From the NCBI RefSeq assembly GCF_963921235.1, contig NC_086108.1, positions 76,324,001 through 76,388,000 of the forward strand: 64,000 nucleotides of DNA, in the 5' to 3' direction. Each line of letters begins with the position of its first letter. Position 1 is the first letter of the stretch. Made by a program: the position numbers and the translations under genes. Source of the DNA: Mobula hypostoma (Eukaryota). Below, in pieces: positions 1 to 13,514 of this stretch. The notes beneath the pieces are model-generated. The model saw nothing but the letters and a program-made list of their open reading frames with translations. It was not told the DNA's origin and did no database searches.

Positions 1-2974
1 CTTTTTGATTATAAATTTATACCTAGATTTTTGCTTCATGTAGAACAAAATAGGGCAAAACCCAACATTCATTATCTGTCTTTGTATTTTGTAATTTGAA
101 TAACAACCAACATAAGAATGTTAGAAAATTTCATTCATTAATTAACTATCTTTGGCTGAACTTTGAGGTGAGTTGGTGAAAGCAGGAATATAATTGGCTA
201 ACATACAAAAACATTGTACGCTTATCCATCCATCTGTGAATTTGCATGTTTTGTTTCTGCTTTTTGCGGTTAGAGATCCTATGTGACCTTTTGCAGCTGT
301 TCCTCAGTTAAATTCGTAATAAACTCATCATCACCAAAGGAGTATTTTACCTATTTTCAATTGAGTTTCCTCTTTTAAACCAAAGTCTTACACGTACACA
401 TTTCAAGTTGAGAATCCCATACAGTATTTACTGGAAGTGAATGTAGCAGGATGTTTGAAAACATTGGCAGTCAATCAATCCTATATTAAAACTTATTTAA
501 AATGTCAGACTCCTAAACCTACGTACACTTCTAATCATATTATTAAAATTATATTGCCTGCGTATTTCCAAATGAACTGTGCTACTGGGTAATATCATAT
601 GTTGAACAGACAATATGAGCAGCTTGACTGAGGTATGCTTGTGACCTCATCAGTGGAATAGCCCACTGAGACCAGGATGATCCAAAAATGTCTATGTTAA
701 CGTTCTAACGGTACATCTGTCTGCAGTAATAAAGACATAACATCATTAACTTAGTAAAGGAATAACTTATGGTCATTTTCACCATTTAGCAGAAGAAACA
801 TTTCAATGTTAGACTTTTAATTAACACCGCAAAACACTTCTCCATTCCTCTACGTCTGGAGTCTGAAACTTATTAATAGATGGCACACCATGTATGTCAG
901 AGTTTAGTTTTAACAAAGTTATTACCGAAAGATTAATCTTGTACGATTAAGCATGCTGAGCCCTGCAAGTTTAAGAGAGGATGTTAGCTGGAGTGTGAAC
1001 TCTAGAATGACAGCACTGGCTTTAAGTCAGTATTACATGCTGAACAAAATCATGATCTATCTGCTCAGCATTATTTCCAGTGGACATTTGCTGCACAGTA
1101 GTGCCCTCACTGGTATGGTAGCTGGGATGATTTGCCCCTCCTATTTGCTACTAAGAGGATTTTGGAGGTCTGAGAGCTTTAGCAATTATATAAAAAAAAG
1201 CACTAATTCCATTTCTTGCTGGAGCAGACTTATGGGTTTAAAATATTGCTTTTAAAATATGTGTGTATGTTAAATTTGCAAGACTGCTTCCATTTAATCT
1301 TGTTTGGATGACATTCAATGAGAATGTACTCATTTACTCCAGATGTGAAATTGGTTATCCACTGCTTGCCGCATAGATTATCAGTGATGTGAGCTTAGTG
1401 TCTGTGCTGGTTAGTAATAGCAATCAAATATAAGAGCAAGCACTTAATATCTAAATTAAGAGATATTCTGAATTTGCTTCTCTCACCCTGTTTAAGTAAA
1501 ACTGTGGAAAAACTGCAAGTACTTGTGAAATACAACATTGACATTAAAAGTAACGAAGAATAAAGATTTGCACTTCAGCATGTGTGAGAGAAAAAGAGAA
1601 AGGGAGCAGGTCTGGCAAATCTAAGGAACTGTAAAATCCCAACTTTATTCTGATGGAGAGAAAGATACATGAAATATAATGACTGACATGTATTTTAGAT
1701 ATGGATGGATGCAGTCATTGGTTCTGAGACCTGAGCGGAAAACAGGGAACTAAAACCCATTTTGCAGCGAAGGAGGTGAGGCATGGGTTACAAACTGTAA
1801 TAGGATGCAATAGATAGAATGATTACATTGGTACTATGATAGATTGTGAGGCAGTAAGATCTGTGATAGATTCAGATGTCTTCATTGTAATCAGAGGACT
1901 CCTGTTGCGATTTAGAGCTACAGATAACATTCAGGCCACCCAGAGTATAAGTTTGAATTACACTAAGTCAGAAACACATGGGTGCATCATGGGATACTGG
2001 TAGGTACAGCTATTCACAAGTGATAATATTTTCATTTTTATGGGAAGGACAAGTCAAATACCTAAGGCAGCCGGTCTGTATTGTCATCCATCTGTTTGTG
2101 CGATAAACTCCTTTGGATCTGACTAATTCTCCGGCAAAATATATTTATAAAAAAGAAAATAAATCCTTTTGCTATCATTATTTTTTCATTGACTTCCAAT
2201 GAGCTTTTATTGTGGTCATCTGTTTACCTGTTTTTCTAGAATTACATTTATTTATAAGCGATTGACTGAAATGAATGAGCCAGTGACTGCTGGTTTGGCA
2301 GGGAATCACCAACATCAGCCACTCCCAGGTCAGTAACTCTGGGAATTACAGCAGATCCATCCAAGAAGCTGGGTTTACATGGTGATAGTGCCCCGTGAGA
2401 TCCGATGCCAAAGTCTTGGCATCCAGGGGAATCCTACTCAATGACCCTACACTGGCCGGACCTGGCATCTGATCAGAATAACCATTCCAATGATTAAACC
2501 TTCCCGAACTGCAGATGAGGAGGAAGATGTTAATGTTTTTTAAAGTTATTTGTACTGATGTTCTTTAATGAATTCATAGTGTTCAATGTGTTATTTATTG
2601 CTTTCGTTTTAATTTTTTAATTAATCCCAGCAATTTTAAATGTTTTGCTTACTTCTGAATATCAGAAGTGTTTAAAACGGTTTTCAAAAATGTCTCCCAA
2701 CTCGAGCAGGATTTGTGGCTTTGTCCTCTGGTTTGGAGGGTGGAGTTGGGGAAGGTGGAGATCCAGCTAATCTAACCCCTCTACTTTCATTCCAGGACGA
2801 ATCCATTCAATTTGGTAAGAATCTCTAAGTTTCTTCCAAATAACCTACTATCTTCAACAATGCGCATAACCACACTTTCTTACAGGCATAACAAAACACT
2901 GAAATTCTCTAGCCATCCAACATACAGTAAGTGAAGCTTCACCACAGTATCGAGAATCCTCCTTTGCTTTCTCC

Positions 2975-3470
2975 CATGGTCCACCATTGAGCACATCTAC
3001 ACAGAGCGCTGTCGCAGGAAAGCAGCATCCATCATCAAGGATCCTCACCATCCAGGCCATGCTCTCTTTTTGCTGCTGCCATCAGGAAGAATGCACAAGA
3101 ACCTCAGGACCCACACCAACAGGTTCTGGAGCAGTTATTACCCCACGACCATCAGGCTGTGAACCAGAGGGGATAACTTCACTCACCTTCACTTACCCCA
3201 TCACTGAACTGTTCCCACAACCTATGGAATTGCTTTCAAGGATTCTTCATCTTATGTTGTCGATATTAATTGTTTATTTATTTATTGTTAGGTTTTTTTT
3301 TCTTTTTGTACTTGCAGTTTGTTGTCTTTTACACATTGGATGGGACTGGTCATTCTTTGATTCTATTGTTTCTTGTATTTACTGTAAATGCCCACGAGAA
3401 ATTGAATGTCAGGGTTGTATATGGTGACGTACATGTACTTTGGTAATAAATTTACTTTGTAATTTGAACT
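2975..3470 (+). mobile_element. Rex1/Babar-type LINE 3' fragment
   Basis: Reads IEHIYTERCRRKAASIIKDPHHPGHALFLLLPSGR, the Rex1-type RT C-terminus, then a T-rich 3' UTR ending aataaatttactttg. Similar to 52860-53332. Confidence 0.8.
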
Positions 3471-3471
3471 G

Positions 3472-3792
3472 TCCTTTCCTATCACGTTCCTTCTTCTTCA
3501 GTTCTTTACCGTTTCCACCCACCATCTTCTAGCTTCTCAGTTCATACTTCTATCTCCACCCACAACCTTCCCCCTCACTGACTTCATCTATCACCTTTTA
3601 GCTTATACTTCCTCTCCTCCCCCACCTTCTTAATCTGGCTCCTTCCTTCTTCCTTTCCAGCCCCATTAAAGGTCTTGAACAGACACATCAACCCTTTATT
3701 CATTTGCATAGATGCTCCCTGACCTACTGAGTTCCTCCTGCATTTTGTGTGCATTACTCTGGATTTCCAGCATCTGCAGAATCCCTTGTGTG
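3472..3792 (+). mobile_element. Degenerate Penelope-like 3' UTR/tail fragment
   Basis: Pyrimidine-rich tract followed by atagatgctccctgacctactgagttcctcc...ttccagcatctgcagaat, matching the tails at 5625-5749 and 62360-62460. Confidence 0.65.
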
Positions 3793-5207
3793 TATCAAGC
3801 AGGTGATGCATCATGACATTTAGAGCAATCGGGGATGAGTAATGAGTACTGGTTTACTCAGCACCATCCACATTCCATAATTGTTTAAAAAAATCTATTT
3901 TTGTACTAGCCAGAGCTGAATGTCTGCAAGAATCTCAAATACATAATGGAATTCTTACTCATGACAAAATTTAGATTATTTGGAAATTTTCCTTTCAGTA
4001 TCTGAGATCTAAAGTATATTATGTAGTAAAATTCTGTCAACAGGCACAAATATCAGATGTCCCCTTCATGTACTAGAATTAGACATGATCCAAGTTTGTA
4101 TGGAATGTTAAAAGCAATCCAAATTTGCGTGAAGTGAATAATTTCCAACAAAAACATTAGAGGTGATGCTCCTTATGATCAAGCAAAATGCCTGATAAGC
4201 ACCGCTGTCAGCTAATTGGAATATTGGAAGTGTTGATATATTTTTGGACAAATCAATCCATTACTCTTTAATATCACAGGGTTACAAAACCAAATTATTA
4301 TTCTTTATTCCTCACCCAGAGAAATGATTTCATTTACAAGTATAATATTTTTCTCATTTCCAGATAGTTCATGGCTTTCGTTATTTTAAAATGAATTAAT
4401 ATATTTGCAGCAAAATAACCATTAAAGAATTGAATTAAGTTTTGTAATGTTTGATTTGAAAGTGTGCAAATTATTTAAAATTTTATGTGTTGCTTTTTCT
4501 CTCCTTTAAATCTCTTTGTGATATGCAACACGCATTGCATCTCTTTTGCAATACACAAAGGCATGGAAAGAAACAGATAAAGTTGTGATGAAGTCTGCTA
4601 AAATCCATCTAATTAAATGAAAATCATGACATTTTTCCAAAGCAAATTAGATAAAATGAGAATTTTTCAGTTCAGACAAGTCTATGCCTCTAATTGCAAT
4701 AAGCAAAAAGAATAGTTCACATTAATGGTATACCACTGGACGCAAGATTTTTGAAATAATTTGGAGGTTTCATGTATTCTGTGCTAAAGGATTAATTGTA
4801 ATCCAGAAAACCTAGAATAAATCCTTATTGCATTTAGAACCTCATTTTCTTTAACACAGACAAATTTTGGCATTCCTAAATCAGATCAAAGAATTGGTTT
4901 GTGACAAAATAATATACAAGAATATCACTTATTCACAAAAATAAGGAAAATAGCAGATAGTAATACAAAAAAACAAAATATGGGTGAAAGAAAGTAAGGA
5001 CTGAGTCAAATTTAAAAAGTGAGAAAAAAAGAAAGAATGTAAAAAACATGAGCAACATGAAATGATGGAGGTCACAATATACTGTCCTCTACATAGGACC
5101 ATTTGCATTGAAAGATTTAAAATATTACAATAAATTAGAAAATGTGATTTTGCAATACAGGCATGAGATTAATTTCAATTCCTTGAAAGTACCACTAGTT
5201 ATATAAA

Positions 5208-5749
5208 CAACACACATCAAAGTTGCTGGTGAACGCAGCAGGCCAGGCAGCATCTCAAGGAAGAGGTACAGTCGACGTTTCAGGTCGAGACCCTTCGTCT
5301 AGTCCTGACATAGAAACATAGAAACATAGAAAATAGGTGCAGGAGTAGGCCATTCGGCCCTTCGAGCCTGCACTGCCATTTATTATGATCATGGCTGATC
5401 ATCCAACTCAGAACCCCGCCCCAGCCTTCCCTCCATACCCCCTGACCCCTGTAGCCACAAGGGCCATATCTAACTCCCTCTTAAACATAGCCAATGAACT
5501 GGCCTCAACAGTTTGCTGTGGCAGAGAATTCCACAGATTCACCACTCTCTGTGTGAAGAAGTTTTTCCTAATCTCGGTCCTAAAAGGCTTCCCCTCTATC
5601 CTCAAACCGTGACCCCTCGTTCTGGAAGGGTCTCGGCCTGAAACGTCGACTGTACCTCTTCCTAGAGATGCTGCCTGGCCTGCTGCGTTCACCAGCAACT
5701 TTGATGTGTGTTGCTTGAATTTCCAGCATCTGCAGAATTCCTGTTGTTT
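5208..5749. mobile_element. Fold-back (inverted) Penelope-like tail pair with nested CR1 fragment
   Basis: 5208-5296 is a near-perfect reverse complement of 5625-5713, and both match the Penelope tail at 62372-62460. Imperfect flanking duplication actagttatataaa (5194-5207) / actagtttataaa (5750-5762). Confidence 0.85.
5310..5624 (-). mobile_element. CR1 LINE 3' end
   Basis: Minus-strand frame TRGHGLRIEGKPFRTEIRKNFFTQRVVNLWNSLP is the CR1 ORF2 C-terminus. Tail appears as (atagaaac)n on the plus strand at 5310-5333. Confidence 0.92.
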
Positions 5750-7744
5750 ACTAGTTTATAAAATCTTTTTTCAGTTTAACCTCTTTTATACATAATGATT
5801 TTTGACATTATAGAGATTTTACAATTCAGATTAGCAATGATTTGCAGGATCATCATCTAATATCCTGACAATGAAGTGAATCTCTTCATTTCATACTCAT
5901 TAGTATGACGACTATTATACTCAGAGTACACATAATCAACTTCTACAACTGACAACAGCAGTTCCAGGAGTTAGGACTGATCCAAAAAGAATTATTAAAA
6001 TTTAAATTATGAGGACCAGGAAATTCTCTCATGTGATGCAGTTATATTATGGACTACATGAAGGAATTTAATCAAATTGTTTTCTGTGTGCATGTCCTAC
6101 GTGTCACTAAAGTGGTATGGGACCCTTCAACGTATGCCATGTTAACGCACCAATGTTTCTAGTGCAGCAACGTCAAAAGGCTTTCAATGTATGTTTTGGA
6201 GTTGAACAACATGGGTCATACAGCAGCAAGCCTTCACAAATCCATTAAAGCCTGCTTGAACACGAATTAAAAGGAACCAGCCGTATTGAGTCTGCCTCTT
6301 GGATTTTTCCACAGGTTGGTCTACTTAAGACTTATACTTGCATTATACTAACTTTACATATTTCTCACCCTTTCACTGGAAGTATGATTTGAAATTTTAC
6401 CATCAAATCATATGCTAATGATTCTACACACATGCTCGCCAACAATGCTCCTGATCCAATCATATCCTTCACCCTCATGTTGCTACATAGTCCCAAAGTG
6501 ATAAATACAATGACAAAGCAAGGAGAAGAAAGATCTTGGGCCTCATCCACAATAATACTACAACAACAAACTATGCATTACACATGTATGACCTATGTCA
6601 TGCCTTGTATCTGAGCTCTGTAAGAATTTATAGCCCAAATTGTTTAGCTGAAATTACTTCACTTACTATTACACCTAATTATATTATAGCTTATTACTTA
6701 TTATTATACCTAATTCAATTGCACAATTATGTATTGGGATTTAAAAGTTTGGCTTGGATTTATAGTCATTGTCAAAACAAAAGGATTCCTTGTGACTTCA
6801 AATTTGCTCATAAAGATCCCTGTAATGTCAGACTCAGATGTGGTATTTCTGATGACAAAGATGTACAATGTTATTAATCACATCAGAGAAATTCTCAGAT
6901 ACCAAAAATGGGGGAAAAAAATTAGCTGATACTTTAAACGTTTTACAGAGCTGCAAACAAGATTGGAACACACACAAAGAAAAGCAGAAGCTGTAATATC
7001 ATAACTTAGTTTTATTTTCAGCAATTTCACTGGCAAATTAGGGACCCTGGAGTCTAATAGTGGAGTAAGAGTTTTCTGGAGTCCCACAACATTTACATAG
7101 CTTGAGCAAGATCTGCAAATCCATTTATTGGATGCAAGATTTTACCACTGTGAGTAAGAAAAGAACAAAAGGTCATTTGCATTTTTCAAAATATTTACAG
7201 TATAATATTTATTAATTATTTAATGTGTTTTAAAAGCATTTGAGATTTAATTTTAATATATCTTTTATTTTTAAACGTGTTTATTTCATTTATAATTTTT
7301 AAGTATTTTTGAATGATGGCGTTGACAAAGCTCTGCCATCTATGTTTTCCTGATGACCTTCATGGATAAGAGTTATACAGTTGCATCACACAAAGCCAAC
7401 ATACTCTGCAGTCTCATTACTTTGCTCCAGGACGGCCTTGGCCAGTTCAGATACATTTGCTGATGGACCAAAGACACTGCGATATTACTTCTGCAAAGTA
7501 CGTAGGAAATGTGGCCCACTCACAATAAACTAGGCCTTTAAAACTTCCATGAGAATTTTGATCCTATTCACAAATGAGAATCTAACTACGTTTTCACAAA
7601 TGCGTCAAAAATGTATTTATCAGCAGTGTGATATAACTAACGCCTAATATGAGAAAGATTCCTTGAAACCCAAAGCCAGTAGCTGATATGGCAGCCATAT
7701 CATCACATGCAGTGAAAATGTTTTTCTTTAAGATTAAATTCTTT

Positions 7745-7958
7745 ATGTCTGTAAGGGATTTCTACATCCTCCCTATGACTATGTGTGTTTCCTCCCACAT
7801 TCTAAAGATGTACGGGTTAGAGTTAGTAAGCTGTGGGCAAGTTATGTTGGTGCTGGAAATGTGCCAACACTTGATGACTGCCCCATCACAATCTTGACAA
7901 TTTGATGAAAGCAACGTATATTTCGAAGCGCATGTGCCAAATAAAGCTAATCTTTCTT
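7745..7958 (+). mobile_element. V-SINE/HE1-like SINE, 5'-truncated
   Basis: gtctgtaagggatttctacatcctccctatgact...tttcctcccacattctaaagatgtacgggttag...aaataaagctaatctt aligns by eye with 34993-35312. Confidence 0.65.
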
Positions 7959-9357
7959 TCCTTATCAGCCTTGCAAAAGAACACAGCCATCTACACTGAA
8001 TTAGATCCTGTTTGTTGACAAGAATGGAACTTAGGAATTTTTGTTGGTTAATCAAATTCAGGTCTTGGGTTGCGTTCAAAACAGATTGTGTTTAAAGAAC
8101 ACGGTCAATTACTGAAACCTGGAATTAGAGTGTCTGAGATAGATCAATTTGCATTGGCACAATAAGATAAGAATTTCACACATCTAAAATGAAGAGGAAA
8201 CAAAATATTCTGATATGTCAAGCTATTATTCAAAGAGATCTTGAAGTAATGATGGAACCAAGCTCACTTATAAAGGTTATAATAATCTTTCAAGCGTGGG
8301 AAACAACGTTTTCCTCAAATGAGAGGAACAAAATAACTTGTGTTATTGTGTGAAATCTATAATGGTTTGTATCTGACCAAAAGCATGTCTTGCATGATGC
8401 TAGTTGTTTTAGCCATAGTATTACAGGTATTGTAGGATAACACCAGTTGTCAGCTAGTCTGTATAGTGAATTTGAAGAACTCTGGAAAAATCTGGATTCT
8501 TGAGAATAAAAGCAGTTGCAACATCAGCTGGATTTTCTACAATGTAATTTCATCAAACTGCAGTTTGATTCACCAGGTGATACAGCACAACACAAGGACT
8601 CTGAATACTTTATTAATTTTATGAAGACTAATCTCTTGTTTTTTTGATTTAGGAAATAGCTGCCATGCAGCCATTTCATATCAATGTGCTTTCTCCTTAC
8701 CTTCCATGAGGTTGTAATTGCTTCAGGGTACCAGTTAACCCATTTTGTAGGGTCCTGATGTGAAACGTTAAAAATGTAGCAGCAAATCACGCATCAGAAG
8801 GTCTGTGCTAAGCAGTATGTCAAACAGAAGGACATTTTCCTCCTCAGAACCCTTAGGGCATAATCCACCTATGTTCAATTTATATTTCACTACACATATT
8901 TCTGTTCAGGCTTGTATTTTTTTTATTGTCAAATTATGGGACTGATAACATGGAACTGATGTGATGGTAAACGGCGCCATAACCTCCAGGAAGCCTTCGT
9001 CTCCTTTCACACAAAACCTACAACATTTTACTCAAATGTCAACAGGGTGTATAGAAGGCCCTAGGTACAATATTCTGTACCCAAGATGTAATATTGAATG
9101 ACAGCTAGGGTCAGGCAAAATCAGTGAAGTGGTCAGTCATGGTTTTTATTATAAATCTCCTGTTTTCACTGTGTGCACCTGATATATTATAATGACATGC
9201 ACCAAACCAGAGTAACCCATCAGTACAGAGATCTAATTAAACACTCCTTCACAAAATTGCAAGAAGTGCAAGTATGAGGCAATGTAAAGTATGGCTTTAC
9301 TACTCTATGTTAGACAACTGGGAGGAAATATGGAATAATAATTGAAGGTAAAAAAAA

Positions 9358-9700
9358 AGACTTGTATTTACATAGTGCCTTCTAAGGGCTCACAGCATTC
9401 CCATGCACTTCGCAACCCATAAAACATTTTCTAGGCAGTCAGTGGAGTAGAAAATTTTAACACAGCAAGTTCCTGCAAGTCGTATAAGCAAATAATCACT
9501 TTAGCTTAAAGTGATGTTGATTGAGGGATAAAAATATTGGCAAGCCACCAGGGATAAATCTTCTTTGAAAACAGTGCTGTATAATCTTTCAAGTTAACTT
9601 GTGAGGCCAGCATTTAATATCAGGCTAGTCTTTTGAGATATCTTAAGCAGTGTCACTTCTTCAGGCTGTTGTGTAAACTGCAAACTTGTCCTCTAAAGGG
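9358..9700 (-). mobile_element. DeuSINE (SacSINE1/AmnSINE1-like) relic
   Basis: gacttgtatttacatagtgcc...gtgatgttgattgagggataaaaatattggc is the reverse complement of the Deu-domain/tail motif as I recall it; related to 16670-16935. Confidence 0.6.
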
Positions 9701-9932
9701 CATATTGATTCAAGGTACGGGTAATGGCTTTGGTTTATCACTGATCTTAACCGATCTTTATCAATCTACCTGTTGCAAATGCATCTACCCCTGAGAGAAG
9801 GAGTGACGATGAAAAAATCCTTGTGGAAACAGAACCTCATCTTCACATCAACTACAATACTCACTGTATTGTATGGCAAAAAATAGGTTCAGATTTGATC
9901 CTGAGTCTAATGGCAGCAAGGGTACCAATATA

Positions 9933-10423
9933 CAGTACTGTTCAAAGGTCTTTGGCCCATACATACCGCTAGGGTGCCGACAATCTTTGCACAGTACTGT
10001 AGTAATTTTATATATTGCACTGTACTGCTGCTGCTAAAAAAAAGAAATTTCATGACATACTGTATGTAAGTGATGATAAACCTGATTCTGATATGGGTTC
10101 CTATTGCAGCCTGAGAGTGGGAAGGGGGCAAGGAGAGGGGAATCATGATTGGGAAAAAGGGAAGAAAGAGGGGAGGGAGCAGGAAGCACCAGAGAGACAT
10201 TCTGTAGTGATTAATAAACCAATGTTTGGAATCAAAAGATCTTCTCCTGGCTCTCCTTCTCTGCCACCTGTCTTCCTCCCCTCCCACGGTGCTCCACCCT
10301 CACCATTCCTAACATCCTCTGCTCCTGCCAGATTTACAAACTCACTCTTCACTCCATGTTGACAAATACATTATTGTGCCACCCTAGCTATACATATGTG
10401 CCTACGACCTTTGCACAGTACCA
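9933..10423 (+). mobile_element. Composite Tc1-like non-autonomous element, copy A
   Basis: TA|cagtactgttcaaagg...tttgcacagtactg|TA hairpin (9933-9999), then a LINE tail, a purine-rich core and a degenerate right hairpin ending ttgcacagtacca|TA. Homologous to 23864-24416 and 15337-15583. Confidence 0.75.
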
Positions 10424-10454
10424 TAGAAAATCTGAATTGAAAATGGATAATGCT

Positions 10455-10660
10455 TAAACACTCAGCAGGTCAGATGGCATTGATGGTGAGAGAGCCAGAG
10501 TGAACATTTCAAATCCATGTTCCTTTTTCAGAACTGACAAGTCATTGATCTGAAACGCTAACTCTGGTTTTCTTGTCATGGATGCTGCCTGGTCCAGTAA
10601 GCATCTCCAGTAATTTAAACTTCCTTTTTTCAAGTTTTCAATATCTACAGTTTTTTTTTG
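10455..10660. mobile_element. Old inverted pair of Penelope-like tails
   Basis: Reverse complement of about 10455-10514 (gatttgaaatgttcactctgg...) aligns with about 10547-10606 (gatctgaaacgctaactctgg...). Confidence 0.55.
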
Positions 10661-10919
10661 TTTTTACACTTAGATTCAAAACGGGCATGTTTCAGGTGCC
10701 GTGAACCATCAGCACAAGACATGCACACTCCCACAATTTGACAATTAGTAATCTCATGGCCTGGCATATTACTCACTTTACTGTTACTATCAAGAAAGGG
10801 GAATCAACTCTGGCTCAATATACAGTGCAGAAAGGAATGCTGATGGTAGCACCAGGCATACTTAAAATGAAAAGTCAGCCAAGTGAAGCTACAAAATATG
10901 TGTTCCAAATGCCCTTTAC

Positions 10920-11455
10920 TAATCAACCTGGCCTCCATAGCTGTCTGTGGCAATGAATTTCATAGATTCGCCACCCTCTGGCTAAAGAAATTCCTCTTCA
11001 TCTCTGTTATAAAGGGATGTCCTTCTATTCTGGGTCTGTGCCCTCTTGGTCCTAGATTTTCCCACTATAGGAAACATTTTCTCCATATCCACTGTATCTA
11101 GGCCTTTCAATATTCAGATCCCCTCCTCATTCTTTCAAATTCTGGTGAGTACAGGGCCAGAGCCATCAAACGCTCCTCATACCCTTTCATTCCCAGGACA
11201 ATTCTCGTAAACTTCCTCTGGACCCTCTCCAACGCCAACATATCCTTTCTTAGATATGGGGCCTAAAACTGCTCATGCTACTCCAAGTGATGCCTTATAA
11301 AGTCTCAGCATTACATCCTTGCTCTTATATCCTAGTCCTCTCAAAATTATTGCTAATATTGCATTAATTTTATCTTTTCTCTCCTTACTGCTTTTTAGTT
11401 GTCTTCTGTTGATTTTCAATTGTTTCCCAATCTGTTAGCTTCCCATTAATTTTTA
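10920..11455 (-). mobile_element. CR1 LINE fragment (degenerate, internally deleted)
   Basis: ctgtggcaatgaatttcatagattcgccaccctctggctaaagaaattcctc aligns with the CR1 copies at 17.5, 42.4 and 45.1 kb. Confidence 0.85.
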
Positions 11456-13514
11456 GAAGCTCCAACCATTCTCAATAAGGTCAATAATATCTGGTACAGT
11501 GCGCTTGATTGGCTCATATACTATCACCCTAAGCATTCATCTCCACCACTACTAGTGCATCATGCCTGTAGTATGTGCCGACTATAAACACTAAAGATGA
11601 ATCTAAAATGTAATCTGCATGGGGAACATCTTACATTTATTGAATCTTCCCCATTTTTGCAGGATGTCCCAGGATGATAGAAGAAGTGGTAGATTTCTTT
11701 ATGTGAATTCTTTTAACCACTGGCTGGTTTTTGTATACCAGCCACTAAGTTTAAGCAGAGTCATTGTCAAGGAGAATCCAAGACCAGGGTCTGCACCAAC
11801 TTAGCACATGCATCTTGGTGACAAACCATATTCCAACCACACACAAACATTCAGATAAAAGTTTTCTAGTACCTACACACTAAGACCCTTATTATTTTAT
11901 ATTGCTCTATCAACATCCCCCTCCCCACCCCACTGGCCACACCAAGAAAAACAAACACAGCTCTACTCATAACTGAAGTGCTCCATCCTGGGAAGATTTT
12001 ATGAATGTACATTGGGGAGACCAGATTCCACATAGTACACTGGATATGAACAAACCAATAATTGTATAAATAATTGTATTATAACCTCCCAGCTCTTATG
12101 TACTTGCTATTGAAGTGAAGTATCCAGTGTGCTTTCTTCCCTATCTTATCTATATCCCCTCTTTTACTGACATTTTGAATCTGCCTTAGAATTCTCCAGC
12201 AATACAAGTAATGTTCTATCAATTATATGAAAATATTTCTATAGCTAATGCTCACTTTAAAGCAAAAAAAAACTACTTACACTAAATTTTCCTAATAAAA
12301 TATATGAATTTTCAGACTTGCAGAAAAATTACTTATGTCCACAGGGCAAGGATTGCCTACAATTAAAGTTTTCACTCACTCGTGGGAGTAGTGTGAATTC
12401 ACATAACAGAACTATAGATGGCACATGCTGGGGGGCAAGACAAGCTACATAAAGGGTGCTGCAAATGGTGGATGAAAACTCTCACAGCCCAGCATCCCTT
12501 ATGATTTACTGCAATTTCCTGAATTACTTACAATATAGATCTGTAAAAGATAGCGGGTACACAGTAATGGAAAGATTTTTTAAAAAGTGGAAAAGGCAAA
12601 TGTAAAAAGTTGGAGGATTTCAAACTAAATTGGGCTATGCTAAACTTTCAGCAATTTTCATCTCTGCAGTAAAAATAAAAGGTGCACTAGATAAAAAGCA
12701 AAACTGCAAAAGATTTATCACATTAGGAGTGATAAATGACTACTTAATTTGCTTGCTTACAAATTTTCTGCAAATCATGAAACATAATTTTTTTCCCTGA
12801 ACATAGGGATCTGTTCTCAGAATGTGTCATCACAATATACTTTTGCATTATCAGACTAATCACTATTAAATTAAGTACTGCATAGGAGTGAGATCATGCC
12901 ATTTATTATTTAATACAGTTCTTTATTCATAGCTTACAGGTAGTAAGCAGTATGCTTTCATTTCTAGGCCGGGGCTGTAAATCAAAGAGGCAGGGTTTAT
13001 GGGATGTGTCAATTACTCTTCTTTGTTCAATTAGTAATGAGGCTTAATATCTGCTGCTCAGGCAGCTGGATGGAAGGAAAGCCCTTAGGTAGAATTAAAA
13101 GTACTAAAAGCTCCAGGGAAAGCCATACTTTAAGAGAATAAGAAGACAATCTCCATATTACATTGAGTTCTGTTTTTCATGAGGTATTGAGTGTCATGTC
13201 GCTTTATTTATAACTACAGATACTACGTTCCATGCACAATAGATCTATTCAAAGAACCACTGTTGAAAAGACAGAGATATAACTATATCTAACTGGCATA
13301 AGAGAAAAGGCAGTTGTGATTCTCAGGGGATGAAATACATATAAGGAAATATTCTATCAGTTATTTATGTAAATAATTTTTACTAATGTAAGTCTGCATG
13401 CTAAATTAATGGGCGTGAGAAGACCAGCTAGCTCAAGGAACATGGTTTCTTAATCATACCACGATGGTTAAATAATTCATCCCAGGATATCTGTTCATAC
13501 AGTGCCAGGACATT

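Noticed and set aside
953..1255. 100-aa ORF or exon
   Set aside because: No recognisable domain or supported splice structure. The same applies to the other short non-TE ORFs (e.g. 6536-6877, 25603-26001, 58329-58604).
7020..7570. Ancient MITE with an AT-rich centre (also about 2280-2830)
   Set aside because: I could not establish terminal inverted repeats or TSDs by eye.
9907..10362. Overlapping ORFs in the composite element (also 15302-15574 and 23760-24357)
   Set aside because: Frames are not preserved between copies and the translations are low-complexity purine/pyrimidine tracts.
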